Below, one piece after another: positions 1 through 9,841 of a stretch of DNA of 64,000 bases. How positions within the stretch are numbered: the first letter of the stretch is position 1; every line of letters starts with the position of its first letter. A program made the translations under genes and the position numbers. Source of the DNA: Candidatus Woesearchaeota archaeon (GTDB taxonomy: Archaea > Nanobdellota > Nanobdellia > Woesearchaeales > JAWBMQ01); the NCBI GenBank assembly GCA_038825875.1, contig JAWBOS010000001.1, forward strand, positions 14,881-78,880. The letters run 5' to 3'. The notes beneath the pieces were generated by a model. That model searched no databases, was not told the origin of the DNA, and saw only the letters and a program-made list of their open reading frames with translations.

Positions 1-276
1 TATTCTAAAACCATCAAATGCCATGGTTCCATAATTTTTTACTGTAAGATTAATTGATGCATTATTACTAACATTTACTATTCTTATATCCAACAACTCA
101 TATAGGATCTTACCACAATAATCCATCTTCACTGCATTTTGTCTTGCTGTATCCATCTGGCTCCCTGTAAGACTAGTAACAAATCCTATAAACATTGCTG
201 TTAAAGCCACAGCAACTGCAACTAACAACACAGTAATTATTAAACCGGACATTGATCTTTTTTTAATATTTCCCAT
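1..276 (-). CDS. Pilin-like protein with class III (archaeal type IV pilin) signal peptide; 3' partial, start codon at 276..274
   Basis: Minus-strand translation MGNIKKRSMSG|LIITVLLVAVAVALTAMF: basic N-terminus, Gly, then hydrophobic helix. GGTGA RBS 5 nt upstream (revcomp of ttatctcacc). Runs off window start. Confidence 0.45.
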   Translation of the reverse strand, partial: MGNIKKRSMSGLIITVLLVAVAVALTAMFIGFVTSLTGSQMDTARQNAVKMDYCGKILYELLDIRIVNVSNNASINLTVKNYGTMAFDGFRI

Positions 277-361
277 TTATCTCACCCACTAAGCGCATTA
301 TTTTAAATTGAACGTAACCATATATAAATTTTTTTTATTACTTTAAGATGATAAAGATAGT

Positions 362-1066
362 TCATTTAACCTTAACATTCTCTACTCTAAATCTTATATA
401 ATCTGCTTTTGAATATAGCGTAATATATAGATCATAATCCAGTTTCTGGGTATTCATTGAAACTTTGACTGTTGAAGAAACTAAAAAATTGCCAGATTCC
501 AATAGCTTAATCTCACCAGTTCCTGTTTCTGTAGTTGGATCATTCAAAAGATAAAATCTATATTTAGGACTAAAAGTTTTGTTGTTTATTTTAAGAGTGA
601 TAGATTCCACAATCTGAGAAACATTAACTGGATCCAAATCTTTCCTTATTCTAACTTGAATATAGGAATTTTCCATTATTATATGAGTCTCATTTTCGTA
701 TGAAAAAACATCAGCTTCAGATGCTATAACAACACCTCCCTGTTCTATCCTCGTATATGGTTCTACTAATTTTTCTTCAAATCTTCCACTCCAGAGAAGT
801 GCATTTTCTGAAAAATTAATTGCTCCTGAAGGAATGTTTAGCTCTACAATTCTTTGAGAACCTGGTCCTTCCTTAATTACGGTATCAATTGAAGTTTTCA
901 AATTTTGAAATTCACTAACCACTTGTTGAAAAGCAATTTGTTCTCTTGTTCTTCTAAATAATGGAAATCCAAAACTTAAGAGAATGCCCAATACCAACAA
1001 ACCTATAAGAATCCATAACACTACTGAAACCCAAACTTGTGATTTTTTCATAATTTCACCAATCAA
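362..1066 (-). CDS. Secreted/pilin-like protein with N-terminal hydrophobic anchor (possible class III signal peptide MKKSQ|VWVSVVLWIL)
   Basis: N-terminal KK then long hydrophobic segment; 4-nt overlap with upstream pilin-like gene; N-x-S/T sequons; no recognisable catalytic motif. Confidence 0.4.
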   Translation of the reverse strand: MIGEIMKKSQVWVSVVLWILIGLLVLGILLSFGFPLFRRTREQIAFQQVVSEFQNLKTSIDTVIKEGPGSQRIVELNIPSGAINFSENALLWSGRFEEKLVEPYTRIEQGGVVIASEADVFSYENETHIIMENSYIQVRIRKDLDPVNVSQIVESITLKINNKTFSPKYRFYLLNDPTTETGTGEIKLLESGNFLVSSTVKVSMNTQKLDYDLYITLYSKADYIRFRVENVKVK

Positions 1067-1575
1067 ATATTAAAAAATAAGATATTTTGACATTTTTCAA
1101 TTTTTCCTTTTAAAATAGATATTGAAACATCTGCACATCTTTTAAATGAACCATCAGACATCAACAATACGGGAAAAATGTATATTTCACTAAAATCATT
1201 TAATTGAGAATAATCTATTATAATTCTTTTAACTTCTCCTGTTTCAAGTTCTACATTCTGCTCTTGAACAATAAGATGATTTGTAAGATTTGAAAGTCTA
1301 ATATAAAGTCTATCTATCTTTCTACCTGTATTTTCTAGATATACTTGAACAAACTTTGAGGTTTCATTGTAACAAACCATAGAAATCTGATTTCTCATCC
1401 AAATCTTAAAAGAAACCTGAGCTTGACAGTTTATAATCTGTGTTCTTGTCTGATCTGCCGTTTCTTTTGTAGAAAAGATAAAAGAATTTGACCAACCTAT
1501 GATCAAAGCACCAACAGCTACTACAAAAGCAACCAGTAAGATTTCAGTAACTATTGTTGAAGCGCCATATTTCAT
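1063..1575 (-). CDS. Archaeal type IV pilin-like protein (class III signal peptide MKYG|ASTIVTEILLVAFVVAVGALI)
   Basis: K-Y-G then Ala/Ser and hydrophobic helix with Glu near +7, typical of FlaK/PibD substrates; ATGA overlaps on both sides. Confidence 0.5.
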   Translation of the reverse strand: MKYGASTIVTEILLVAFVVAVGALIIGWSNSFIFSTKETADQTRTQIINCQAQVSFKIWMRNQISMVCYNETSKFVQVYLENTGRKIDRLYIRLSNLTNHLIVQEQNVELETGEVKRIIIDYSQLNDFSEIYIFPVLLMSDGSFKRCADVSISILKGKIEKCQNILFFNI

Positions 1576-2060
1576 TTTTCATCACAAAAAGGAACTTTTT
1601 CATATACAATCTTTCTAGAATTACAATAAACCCTATAAACATCATCTCCACTTTTCTCAAGATAAAAAGGAATAACCTCTAACGAAAAAATCACATTATC
1701 CTTAAGCACTTTGAATTCTCTCTGATAAGTTGATCTTGGAAGTTTATCTTCGATCAATTTTGTATAAACATTGCCATAAATGTCATAGGTAATAATTTTA
1801 AAACCATCTACTGTTCTGGAAGATGGATTTGAAAGAAGTAATTTTACTACACTTTGCTCTTGACAGTACTTTTCTGTTCTTATCCATAGATATGCACATA
1901 ATTCTCCATCTACTCGCTCCTTCATGTTTTTAACGCTTTCCTTAGTTGAAGATATCATCCAACCGCCAACGATTGAAGCACCTACAACTAGCAATAAAAT
2001 CAAGAGTACCCATGAAACCCACAAACTCACTCCCTTTTTATTAATTGTGTTCATTTTCAA
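1572..2060 (-). CDS. Archaeal type IV pilin-like protein (class III signal peptide NKKG|VSLWVSWVLLILLLVV)
   Basis: KKG followed by hydrophobic helix; translationally coupled in the pilin/adhesin operon. Confidence 0.5.
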   Translation of the reverse strand: MKMNTINKKGVSLWVSWVLLILLLVVGASIVGGWMISSTKESVKNMKERVDGELCAYLWIRTEKYCQEQSVVKLLLSNPSSRTVDGFKIITYDIYGNVYTKLIEDKLPRSTYQREFKVLKDNVIFSLEVIPFYLEKSGDDVYRVYCNSRKIVYEKVPFCDEK

Positions 2061-2527
2061 TAAAGCCCCATTGAAACAAAGTACTCATGCTTATTTAAAA
2101 AGATAGTATTAATCTTACCATCATACACATACTGGAAGTACTGATCAGGTATACTAGTAAAAGTACTATTTAAATTTAAAATACTACCATTTGATAACAA
2201 ACGAATCTCTAATTCTTTATCAACATATACCCATGTTACGTTTCCATCACTTAAAAACACCAATATCGATGAATTCAAACCCTGAGATGAAAGAAATTTT
2301 TTGTAATCCTGAATATAAGCAATAAGAGCACTCCCCAAGTCTAATTGATTAAATAAAGCATAATTAACTATTACCGGAATTTCTTTTTGAAAATTTTCAA
2401 TAAAATAAGCTCCTACAATAACATCTTTTTTAATACTAGATCTTATAAAATATGCGAAAATTGCAACTATCAAAATCACAAAAAGTAGGAAAAATTGGCC
2501 TTTCTTGTTAAGACCTTTCATTTTCAT
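2057..2527 (-). CDS. Archaeal type IV pilin-like protein (class III signal peptide NKKGQ|FFLLFVILIVAIF)
   Basis: Textbook KKGQ + hydrophobic stretch; N-x-S/T sequons; 4-nt overlap with giant upstream gene. Confidence 0.5.
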   Translation of the reverse strand: MKMKGLNKKGQFFLLFVILIVAIFAYFIRSSIKKDVIVGAYFIENFQKEIPVIVNYALFNQLDLGSALIAYIQDYKKFLSSQGLNSSILVFLSDGNVTWVYVDKELEIRLLSNGSILNLNSTFTSIPDQYFQYVYDGKINTIFLNKHEYFVSMGLY

Positions 2528-5500
2528 TCAACAACCTCAAAGTCCAATAAAGGATTTCCAAAGGAATCATAACCAATATTTACTATTCTTATTTTTCTCA
2601 CACCTGAATCAAGTTTAAAATTTTTGGTTTTAAACTTAAAGTTCTGTAAAGGAATAAAGACCAAAAGATTGTCTTTTTCAATGCTCCTCAAATTTCCAAA
2701 TGTAATCTGCTCAGTTTCAATTAGATTTTTATACAAATATGATTCAACTGTTCTAGGATTGAAATCAGGCGTAGTGACAAAAAGATAGAATGATCCTGAA
2801 GAAAGATCTCCCTTAATAGCATTAGCTCCCTCAACAGCAAAAACTCTAGAATCATCAACACCAATTCCATAAGCATAATCCTGAGTTACATTGTAAAGCA
2901 TTTTGAACAAAGAATTACTTGTTTCCTCTAATTGAAAATAACCTATAAACTCATCTACTGGTGATGTTATTGACCTAGCAAATGTATTATATCCATCAGA
3001 AAGTACAATAGTAAAAGTAAATTCATTGCTAAGGAATTCCATGGAATTATATCTCGGAGCCTTAAATGTCAAAAGATATTGACCGCCACCAAAATCAATC
3101 ATTGAAAAGTCCTTGACTTCATAGTTCACATCAATAGAATTAACTATTATCTTGAACCAGTTTCTAGGAATATTTGCGATTCCCATCCCATCTTTTAAAA
3201 CCTGCACATTAATAGACATAAGAGTTTCTGAAACTATAGGAGTAGTAGCAAGTGATACTGTTAATGATGCACCTGCAAGTGTATTTTGAAGAGCCTTATT
3301 GAAAACGATTTGTGTAGTGTTAAATAATCCGACTTTGTTTATACACACAACATCAACTATAACATTTCCACTTCCCGGCAAGTATACCATTGTTTCATGA
3401 AATGTAGAATCACTATAAAGGAAATTGTAATATGTTGAACCACCATCAATAGAATACCTACAATAAGCAACCTCATCAGTCTTTACTGTTACTTTTACTT
3501 GATCATTTATCACTATACCTGATGGCGTAGTATAGAGGAAAAGCGGTGGTGTAGTATCTAGCTCAGTAAAAGTATTATCGCTCCAATAAGATGGATTTAG
3601 AGCAGCATCATAACTTCTTACTCTAACATAGTAGTTCTTATTTTCAGGCAATCCACTGATATTCAAAGCAAAGTACTGATCAAGATCTACCAATTCTGAA
3701 AGAGTATAATTTTTTGAAAATACAATCGAGGAAAAATTTAACACTTGAACTTCATAAAATCTTATGATCTTTGATTCAAAATCAAGTGATTTAGTAAATG
3801 CAAGAGTCAATATGGTGGTGTTCTCAATTTGATACGCATAAATCAACTTTGGTTGTGTAGGCATAGTGAAATCAGAACAAATTCTAAAAACACCTAAATC
3901 ACCGATATTACCTGCAAGATCTCTAGCAGCAACATAAAAATAGAGCTCTCCATCAACACTCAAGGGCATTGAAACATTAGTTGAATTCACAAAAGAATAA
4001 ACAAAACTCACATTGTATGCTGAAATGTTGTAAGTATAAAGCCCGTATGCATAATCCTGAACTCCTGAACCTAAATCATTTGCAGTCCAATTTGCAGAAA
4101 ATATCTTTGCATTTGTCCAATAATTTCCTTGAGGAGCTATACAGTTCATGTGAGTAGTTGACAAAATTAAAGGAACTGAAGGTGGGGTAAGATCTGCTGT
4201 AACGTTATCACTTATAGACCAATTACTACAATAACCTGCAAGATTACAACTTCTAACTTTTATATAAAATCTATCATCCTGTTGATAAGTACCATTGTAG
4301 TAAAATATTATCTTTGTTGAATTTGTTATTCCCGTAGCGTTTAAATTTTCATTTTTATATAATTCATATTCATATTGTAATGGCAGATTGAGTAGAGATT
4401 GCTCAAAATCATAGCTACCAACAAAAGCAAATTCTATATAATCTGTCAAATTAATCCATTTTTTAGGCACTACAATGCTAGGTTCTGATGGTGGAGTTAT
4501 ATCCAATTTTGCTCCTGTTCTATCAAGCAAAATTTTATTTTGTGTAATATTAACATTTCCTGCAAGATCTCTTACTACAGCAAAAACAGTTTTGTTACCA
4601 TCATAAGTTGTGAGATAAAGTCCTCCAGAACACTGCTTATAACTGAAATCCTTTTGTAAAGAAGGAGTAATTACTATTCTATCAATTGTTACATTTATTC
4701 CTGAAACCTGAGATAAAACAAATCCACTGCAAGCATATAAGTATCCATCGAGATAAACAACTGAAGAAGTTTCGTTAAATTGAACGATTATCTCATGCCA
4801 ACCTCGATCAAGTCTAATACTGTGTGAACAAAAGTTAAGGTTTGATCCGTTGTATATAAAGTTAACTCCTAAGTCCATAGAAAATTTGTTTTGTGGTTCA
4901 ATGTAAAATCGTGAAAAAATCGTACCGTTGTTTAAAGAAATAGACTTTGAAAAATTTCCTTTTAAAGCAAAATCCTTAACCAATGGCCTACCAATAAATT
5001 CGCCTGAATATAAGATTTGATTATACTCCAACGTTACGGGAGAAAATTCATCAATTAATACACTTTCCATAACTAAACATTCATCTAAAGAACCTGTAGC
5101 CACATCATAATATATAAATGGTAAAGCAGTAACTGATTGATTATATTGTACAAATCCTCTTGCTGATAAAGTATGCAAATTTAATGCAGGCGTTGGAATT
5201 ATGTTGTCAACAGAAATGTATTTTCTAAAAATATAACTAAATCCAAAAAGATCTGTAACAGAAAGCAAAAATTCAAATACTCCATTCTGATTGGGAACTG
5301 TAATATTTCTCTGATACAAATAACCTTCTATCGTGTAATCATCAAAATATAAAGGATAGACTGCCCCAAAAGCAGTTAAATTAACAAATAATGTTCTATT
5401 ATCAAATGCTAAAAATCTCACTGTGATTATGTCATTAGGTTTTACAATTTCCTCAGAAATGCTTAAAACTCCTATCACTCCATATCTTCTAACTTCAGTT

Positions 5501-8500
5501 ATATTGATATTACTTTTCATCCCTTCTTTATTAGCCGCATCAATTGCAACAACATAATACTTATACACACCATCTATTACATAGTCAAAGTATTGTGTAG
5601 AAGTAGTATATGTAAGCAAATAAAAGACGTCATTTTCAAATGCTCTGTAGATAGCATATCTCACTGCTCCAGAGATTGGATTCCAACTGAGATTTATAAT
5701 TCCATCCCGATCATATCTATCAAGAACTTGCAAGACCGGAGCTGGTAAGATTGCATTTAGAATAAAAAACCTATAGGAAACATTTGCAAGCAAATTGTTT
5801 AAATTATCTCTTGCCTCTAACCACATAAGATATGCTCCATCTGGAAATTGGGTTGTATTGAGTATAAAAGAAGTTTCTAAACCATCAAAAATTTTTGTAG
5901 GAATGGTTGTATTTAAAAAGATCTTTAGATTATAGGTATTTTGTGGTAAATGAACCACATATGTCTTTAAACCATAAATATAAGAATCATTAACAAGATC
6001 ATAAACAAATAGTGAATAGTTTCCTATTAAATTGTCAAATATCACAAAGTACAATCTACTGCAACCAGTATTATTTAATTCATCTTTAGCACAGGCATAA
6101 ATCTGATGTGAACCCTGCAAATAATTTAAAGTGTTAACCTCAATAAAATTTTGATTTAAAAATGTGCAGTTTCCATCTATACAAAAAGTATAATTTACAA
6201 TAGAGCTATCATCGCTTGCAATAATATCAAATCTAACCATTCCCTTGAAGATTTGATTATTAGTTACTTCTTTTCCATCATGATAAACACTTACTAATGG
6301 AGCGCTAAAATCAATAAATGTATTCTTAGTTACACTTAAAGTATTTCCTGCTCTGTCATACCCTACAACCATAACAGAACATAGTCCATATGAAGATGGA
6401 TTAACATATGCACTTCCACTGATTCTAGTCAAAAATATATTGCAAATATAGATATCATAGTACTGAATATCTGGATCCCCCACAGGATCAATCAAAAAAG
6501 GAACATTAACCCTTGATGGCAAGCTAAAGTCAAAATTAATTTTACCATCTATCGTTATATTTGAAACATTAGTTTCTGCCAATAAATTATTCTCAAAATC
6601 ATAAGCTTTTGCAATAATGTAACAATTTTCAACTTCTGATCCAGAATATTGGGAAATTCCCCAGATCGTTGTTAAAGAATAAATTGTAGGACTTAAAAAA
6701 CCACAATTAGTATTTAAAGTAATGTATTTAGTATTTGAAGGAGCCAAAAATCTTAATGTAAAATTTTGTGCTTTTAGAATCGCATTATCCTCTAAATTCA
6801 AGATTCTTAAAATTTCTCTAAAATTATTGACATATTTTGAAAAAGAGACTTCTGCAAAATTATTGAAATCATCTCGTACAACAATTCTAAAGTAATGCAA
6901 ACCATCAGAGAATAAAGTTGTATCTAATGGAAAATAAGCATTAAATGCCCTTTGTTCAAAGGTATATGCAAAATCAGGAAATATAACTAATTCATCAATA
7001 GCACCTGAATAATAATCAGAAGAACCATCATTACATCCTATAAAAAGATTCTCCGTAGGTTGAACATTGCCAGAAAAACTACCTGCGTGATATTTTGAAC
7101 CATCAATAACGATTTCTACTCTCTTATTAGTGTTATCTATTAAAAAAAGTACATGATGCCATTGATCATCATTTATTGAATTTTCTGTTTGCAAAACTGT
7201 TTGTCCATTTACAAAAGCTTCCAATCGACCATTATTTAATCTTAGCATATATCCCGATGTTGTTGACATCTTATCAATCAATACTCCACTGGTTGCCGTT
7301 GTTTTGATCCAAAAACTTATACCCAAATTAGGATTAGGATTCAATAAAGAATCATGATTAACCCTCAAACAATTTGAAGAAAAATAAATAGCCGATCCGT
7401 AATAACCAGGACCATAAGTAAAATCAGAACCTATTTGAGTGACAGTTCTAGCATAAAAAGATCTATCTGCGTATGTACCATCAAATGGCAAAGTTAGCGA
7501 AGAGTTTTTATATTCTGTAAACCTTGAAGAATCAACAAAAAGCTGAAAATCATATTTTGGATTTATATCAAAATAATAAAAACCAAAAACTGATTTGTTG
7601 TAAACATAATATGCATCTAATGTCTGAAACAAACTGGGTTTTGTAAAATCTGCATACAAATTAAAATTCCCTGAAACAATATTTCCAGCTATGTCTTTAC
7701 AAGCATAATATATTGTGTTTATTCCTTCATTAAGAATAAAACTTATCGTATGTTTTCTAAGACCACTCAGGATATAAGGCATATTATCAAAAGGAAGATT
7801 AGATCTTGAGATCCTACACTCAGCATCTTCGTTTGTGTCAAATTCTATAACTATTGGATTATAGTTATACTTTTGATCAAAAGGGATGTTATAGACAATA
7901 GGAGCACTTGAATCAATTTCTAAAATTTTAGCAACCTTCAAAACATTTCCTTGTCGATCTAAAGCAGTAATGTTCACCAAAAAATTTCCACTACTTATTG
8001 ATGGAACTGTAAAATTAAAACAATAGACACCATCATTAGCAACTGAATCGCAATCTGTTCCATCATCTCTCATTTTTCCTGTAATTGGAGAAAAGAAGTG
8101 TATTGTAATATTTACATCATAATTAATGTCATTTTGATAATAAACTATTGCATTATCTCCAGGTTTAAATTTTTGCTTAGAAAAATAAACAATTCCAACT
8201 GAACTAGGAGCAACACAAGAATAAATTTGAGACAAGAAGAAGGATCCAACATAAACATAGCCACAATATCTAATAATCCCATCATACAAAATATTATCTC
8301 TAACATCTCCAAATTCCACTATTAGATTGTTTATTGTAGAATTTAGAATATGAGAATATAGAATAGTTGAGTTTAAAACAGTTGATGAATCTACTACAGA
8401 ATGGTTTATTATAGAATTAACAACATTAGAATTAATCACAATGCTGTCTGGGCTGATGTATGACTCTGAAAAACCTGAAAAAAGTGTAAACAACAGGAAA

Positions 8501-8547
8501 ATTAATAAAAACAACCATTCTTTTCTTTTAAATAACAAATCAGTCAT
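2524..8547 (-). CDS. Giant (2007 aa) secreted surface/adhesin-like protein with Sec signal peptide, LamG/concanavalin-like lectin domain and FN3-like repeats; heavily N-glycosylatable
   Basis: N-terminal MTDLLFKRKEWLFLLIFLLFTLFSGFS signal; LamG-like signature about aa 385-540 (ISFWIKTT..GVLI..LRLNNGRLEAFVNGQ..NDDQWHHVLF..VEIVIDG..LFIGCNDG..YSGAIDELVIF); FN3-like LSWNPISGAVRYAIYR; dozens of N-x-S/T; no C-terminal TM anchor. Confidence 0.6.
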   Translation of the reverse strand: MTDLLFKRKEWLFLLIFLLFTLFSGFSESYISPDSIVINSNVVNSIINHSVVDSSTVLNSTILYSHILNSTINNLIVEFGDVRDNILYDGIIRYCGYVYVGSFFLSQIYSCVAPSSVGIVYFSKQKFKPGDNAIVYYQNDINYDVNITIHFFSPITGKMRDDGTDCDSVANDGVYCFNFTVPSISSGNFLVNITALDRQGNVLKVAKILEIDSSAPIVYNIPFDQKYNYNPIVIEFDTNEDAECRISRSNLPFDNMPYILSGLRKHTISFILNEGINTIYYACKDIAGNIVSGNFNLYADFTKPSLFQTLDAYYVYNKSVFGFYYFDINPKYDFQLFVDSSRFTEYKNSSLTLPFDGTYADRSFYARTVTQIGSDFTYGPGYYGSAIYFSSNCLRVNHDSLLNPNPNLGISFWIKTTATSGVLIDKMSTTSGYMLRLNNGRLEAFVNGQTVLQTENSINDDQWHHVLFLIDNTNKRVEIVIDGSKYHAGSFSGNVQPTENLFIGCNDGSSDYYSGAIDELVIFPDFAYTFEQRAFNAYFPLDTTLFSDGLHYFRIVVRDDFNNFAEVSFSKYVNNFREILRILNLEDNAILKAQNFTLRFLAPSNTKYITLNTNCGFLSPTIYSLTTIWGISQYSGSEVENCYIIAKAYDFENNLLAETNVSNITIDGKINFDFSLPSRVNVPFLIDPVGDPDIQYYDIYICNIFLTRISGSAYVNPSSYGLCSVMVVGYDRAGNTLSVTKNTFIDFSAPLVSVYHDGKEVTNNQIFKGMVRFDIIASDDSSIVNYTFCIDGNCTFLNQNFIEVNTLNYLQGSHQIYACAKDELNNTGCSRLYFVIFDNLIGNYSLFVYDLVNDSYIYGLKTYVVHLPQNTYNLKIFLNTTIPTKIFDGLETSFILNTTQFPDGAYLMWLEARDNLNNLLANVSYRFFILNAILPAPVLQVLDRYDRDGIINLSWNPISGAVRYAIYRAFENDVFYLLTYTTSTQYFDYVIDGVYKYYVVAIDAANKEGMKSNINITEVRRYGVIGVLSISEEIVKPNDIITVRFLAFDNRTLFVNLTAFGAVYPLYFDDYTIEGYLYQRNITVPNQNGVFEFLLSVTDLFGFSYIFRKYISVDNIIPTPALNLHTLSARGFVQYNQSVTALPFIYYDVATGSLDECLVMESVLIDEFSPVTLEYNQILYSGEFIGRPLVKDFALKGNFSKSISLNNGTIFSRFYIEPQNKFSMDLGVNFIYNGSNLNFCSHSIRLDRGWHEIIVQFNETSSVVYLDGYLYACSGFVLSQVSGINVTIDRIVITPSLQKDFSYKQCSGGLYLTTYDGNKTVFAVVRDLAGNVNITQNKILLDRTGAKLDITPPSEPSIVVPKKWINLTDYIEFAFVGSYDFEQSLLNLPLQYEYELYKNENLNATGITNSTKIIFYYNGTYQQDDRFYIKVRSCNLAGYCSNWSISDNVTADLTPPSVPLILSTTHMNCIAPQGNYWTNAKIFSANWTANDLGSGVQDYAYGLYTYNISAYNVSFVYSFVNSTNVSMPLSVDGELYFYVAARDLAGNIGDLGVFRICSDFTMPTQPKLIYAYQIENTTILTLAFTKSLDFESKIIRFYEVQVLNFSSIVFSKNYTLSELVDLDQYFALNISGLPENKNYYVRVRSYDAALNPSYWSDNTFTELDTTPPLFLYTTPSGIVINDQVKVTVKTDEVAYCRYSIDGGSTYYNFLYSDSTFHETMVYLPGSGNVIVDVVCINKVGLFNTTQIVFNKALQNTLAGASLTVSLATTPIVSETLMSINVQVLKDGMGIANIPRNWFKIIVNSIDVNYEVKDFSMIDFGGGQYLLTFKAPRYNSMEFLSNEFTFTIVLSDGYNTFARSITSPVDEFIGYFQLEETSNSLFKMLYNVTQDYAYGIGVDDSRVFAVEGANAIKGDLSSGSFYLFVTTPDFNPRTVESYLYKNLIETEQITFGNLRSIEKDNLLVFIPLQNFKFKTKNFKLDSGVRKIRIVNIGYDSFGNPLLDFEVVE

Positions 8548-8597
8548 TTTAGAAATTATGTGAAGATTTATTAAAAAATTTTAATAATCATTTACTA

Positions 8598-9770
8598 GTG
8601 GTTAAAATGTCTCAAAACTGCATAGGAATTTTAAAAACCTATCCAAAACTTGAAAAGTACTGTGAAATAGAACTTGAAAGATACTGCAAGAATTACAAAA
8701 TTGAAGAAATTTTTGATGGTTGTGTTGTCTTTTCTGCTCAAAATTTTGAAAGTTTTGAAAAATTGGCTTATTTCACTCAAAGCTCAGAACATGTTTCATA
8801 TTTACTAGCACAAAAAGAAAATGATAGGTGGCAAAAAATACAATTCTTCCTTCTAGACATATTAAAAAAAACAGGAAAAACAAAGTATTGGATTGAAATC
8901 TCACATGATCCTTCAATTCCCATAAACGAAGAAACTTACAAGAGAAAAATCCAAGAATGCACAGCATTACTTGATTCTGATTTTATCCTGAATCCAAAAG
9001 ACAAAGATTTTACATTAACAATATTCATAACTAAAACAAAAGAATTGTTAGGTTTAAACATTCTACAAGGAGACTTGAGTAAGAGATCTTACAAAATATA
9101 TCTCCTTCCAAACTCGATTAAAGGTACTTTAGGATTCTTACTGAGTGCCATGTGTGGAATATGTCACAATAAACCAAATTCTATAAATAAAGTATTGTAC
9201 CTGTTTTCTGGAGATGGTATTTTACCTATTGAATTTTCTCTTTGGACTAAGGGATTGTCTGTAAGATATTATGATAAGAGAGTGCTAAAAAAATCCTTCC
9301 TAAATATTAGCAATCATACTTTTGAAGATTTTGATAAAGAAATAGCCTCTTTTGTGAAATCTTTGAATCAAAATTTTGAAATCACATCATGTGATAGTGA
9401 ATTAAAACATCTTACCTTTGCCCAACGAAATGCAAAATTGGCAGGAGTAGAAAAAGATATAATTTTTAGAAAAATATCCTTAGATCTTTTGGATTTAAAA
9501 TTTGAAGAAAATTATTTTGATGCAATAGTCTCTTTTCTCCTTTTATTTAATAATCGAACAGAAGAAGAAAAAATAAACAAATTCTACAAGTATTACTTCT
9601 ATCAAACAGAGTACATTCTAAAGAAAAATAAAAACACAACTATTCTTGTCAGAAATGCACATCTTGAAAGAATTAAGGAAATCGCAAAGGAATTTAATTT
9701 TTCCCTGGAAAGAATAGAACCAATTAGAGAAGATATTGCAATCTTGTTATTAAAAAACAACAAAAAATAA
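8598..9770 (+). CDS. Trm14/RlmL-like THUMP-methyltransferase homolog (motif I-like LYLFSGDGILPIEF; NPPY catalytic motif apparently replaced)
   Basis: RSYKIYLLPNSIKGTLGFLLSAM resembles RGYR..APLKETLAAALL of Trm14/RlmL; SGDGILPIEF resembles CGSGTILIEAA; the expected D-[LI]-I-V-T-NPPYG position reads DAIVSFLLLF. Confidence 0.35.
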   Translation: MVKMSQNCIGILKTYPKLEKYCEIELERYCKNYKIEEIFDGCVVFSAQNFESFEKLAYFTQSSEHVSYLLAQKENDRWQKIQFFLLDILKKTGKTKYWIEISHDPSIPINEETYKRKIQECTALLDSDFILNPKDKDFTLTIFITKTKELLGLNILQGDLSKRSYKIYLLPNSIKGTLGFLLSAMCGICHNKPNSINKVLYLFSGDGILPIEFSLWTKGLSVRYYDKRVLKKSFLNISNHTFEDFDKEIASFVKSLNQNFEITSCDSELKHLTFAQRNAKLAGVEKDIIFRKISLDLLDLKFEENYFDAIVSFLLLFNNRTEEEKINKFYKYYFYQTEYILKKNKNTTILVRNAHLERIKEIAKEFNFSLERIEPIREDIAILLLKNNKK

Positions 9771-9841
9771 CAAAATAACAAAAATGTTCCACTCTAAAAG
9801 AGTAATAAAACTTTAATAAAAATAAAATCCAAAATCTTCTC

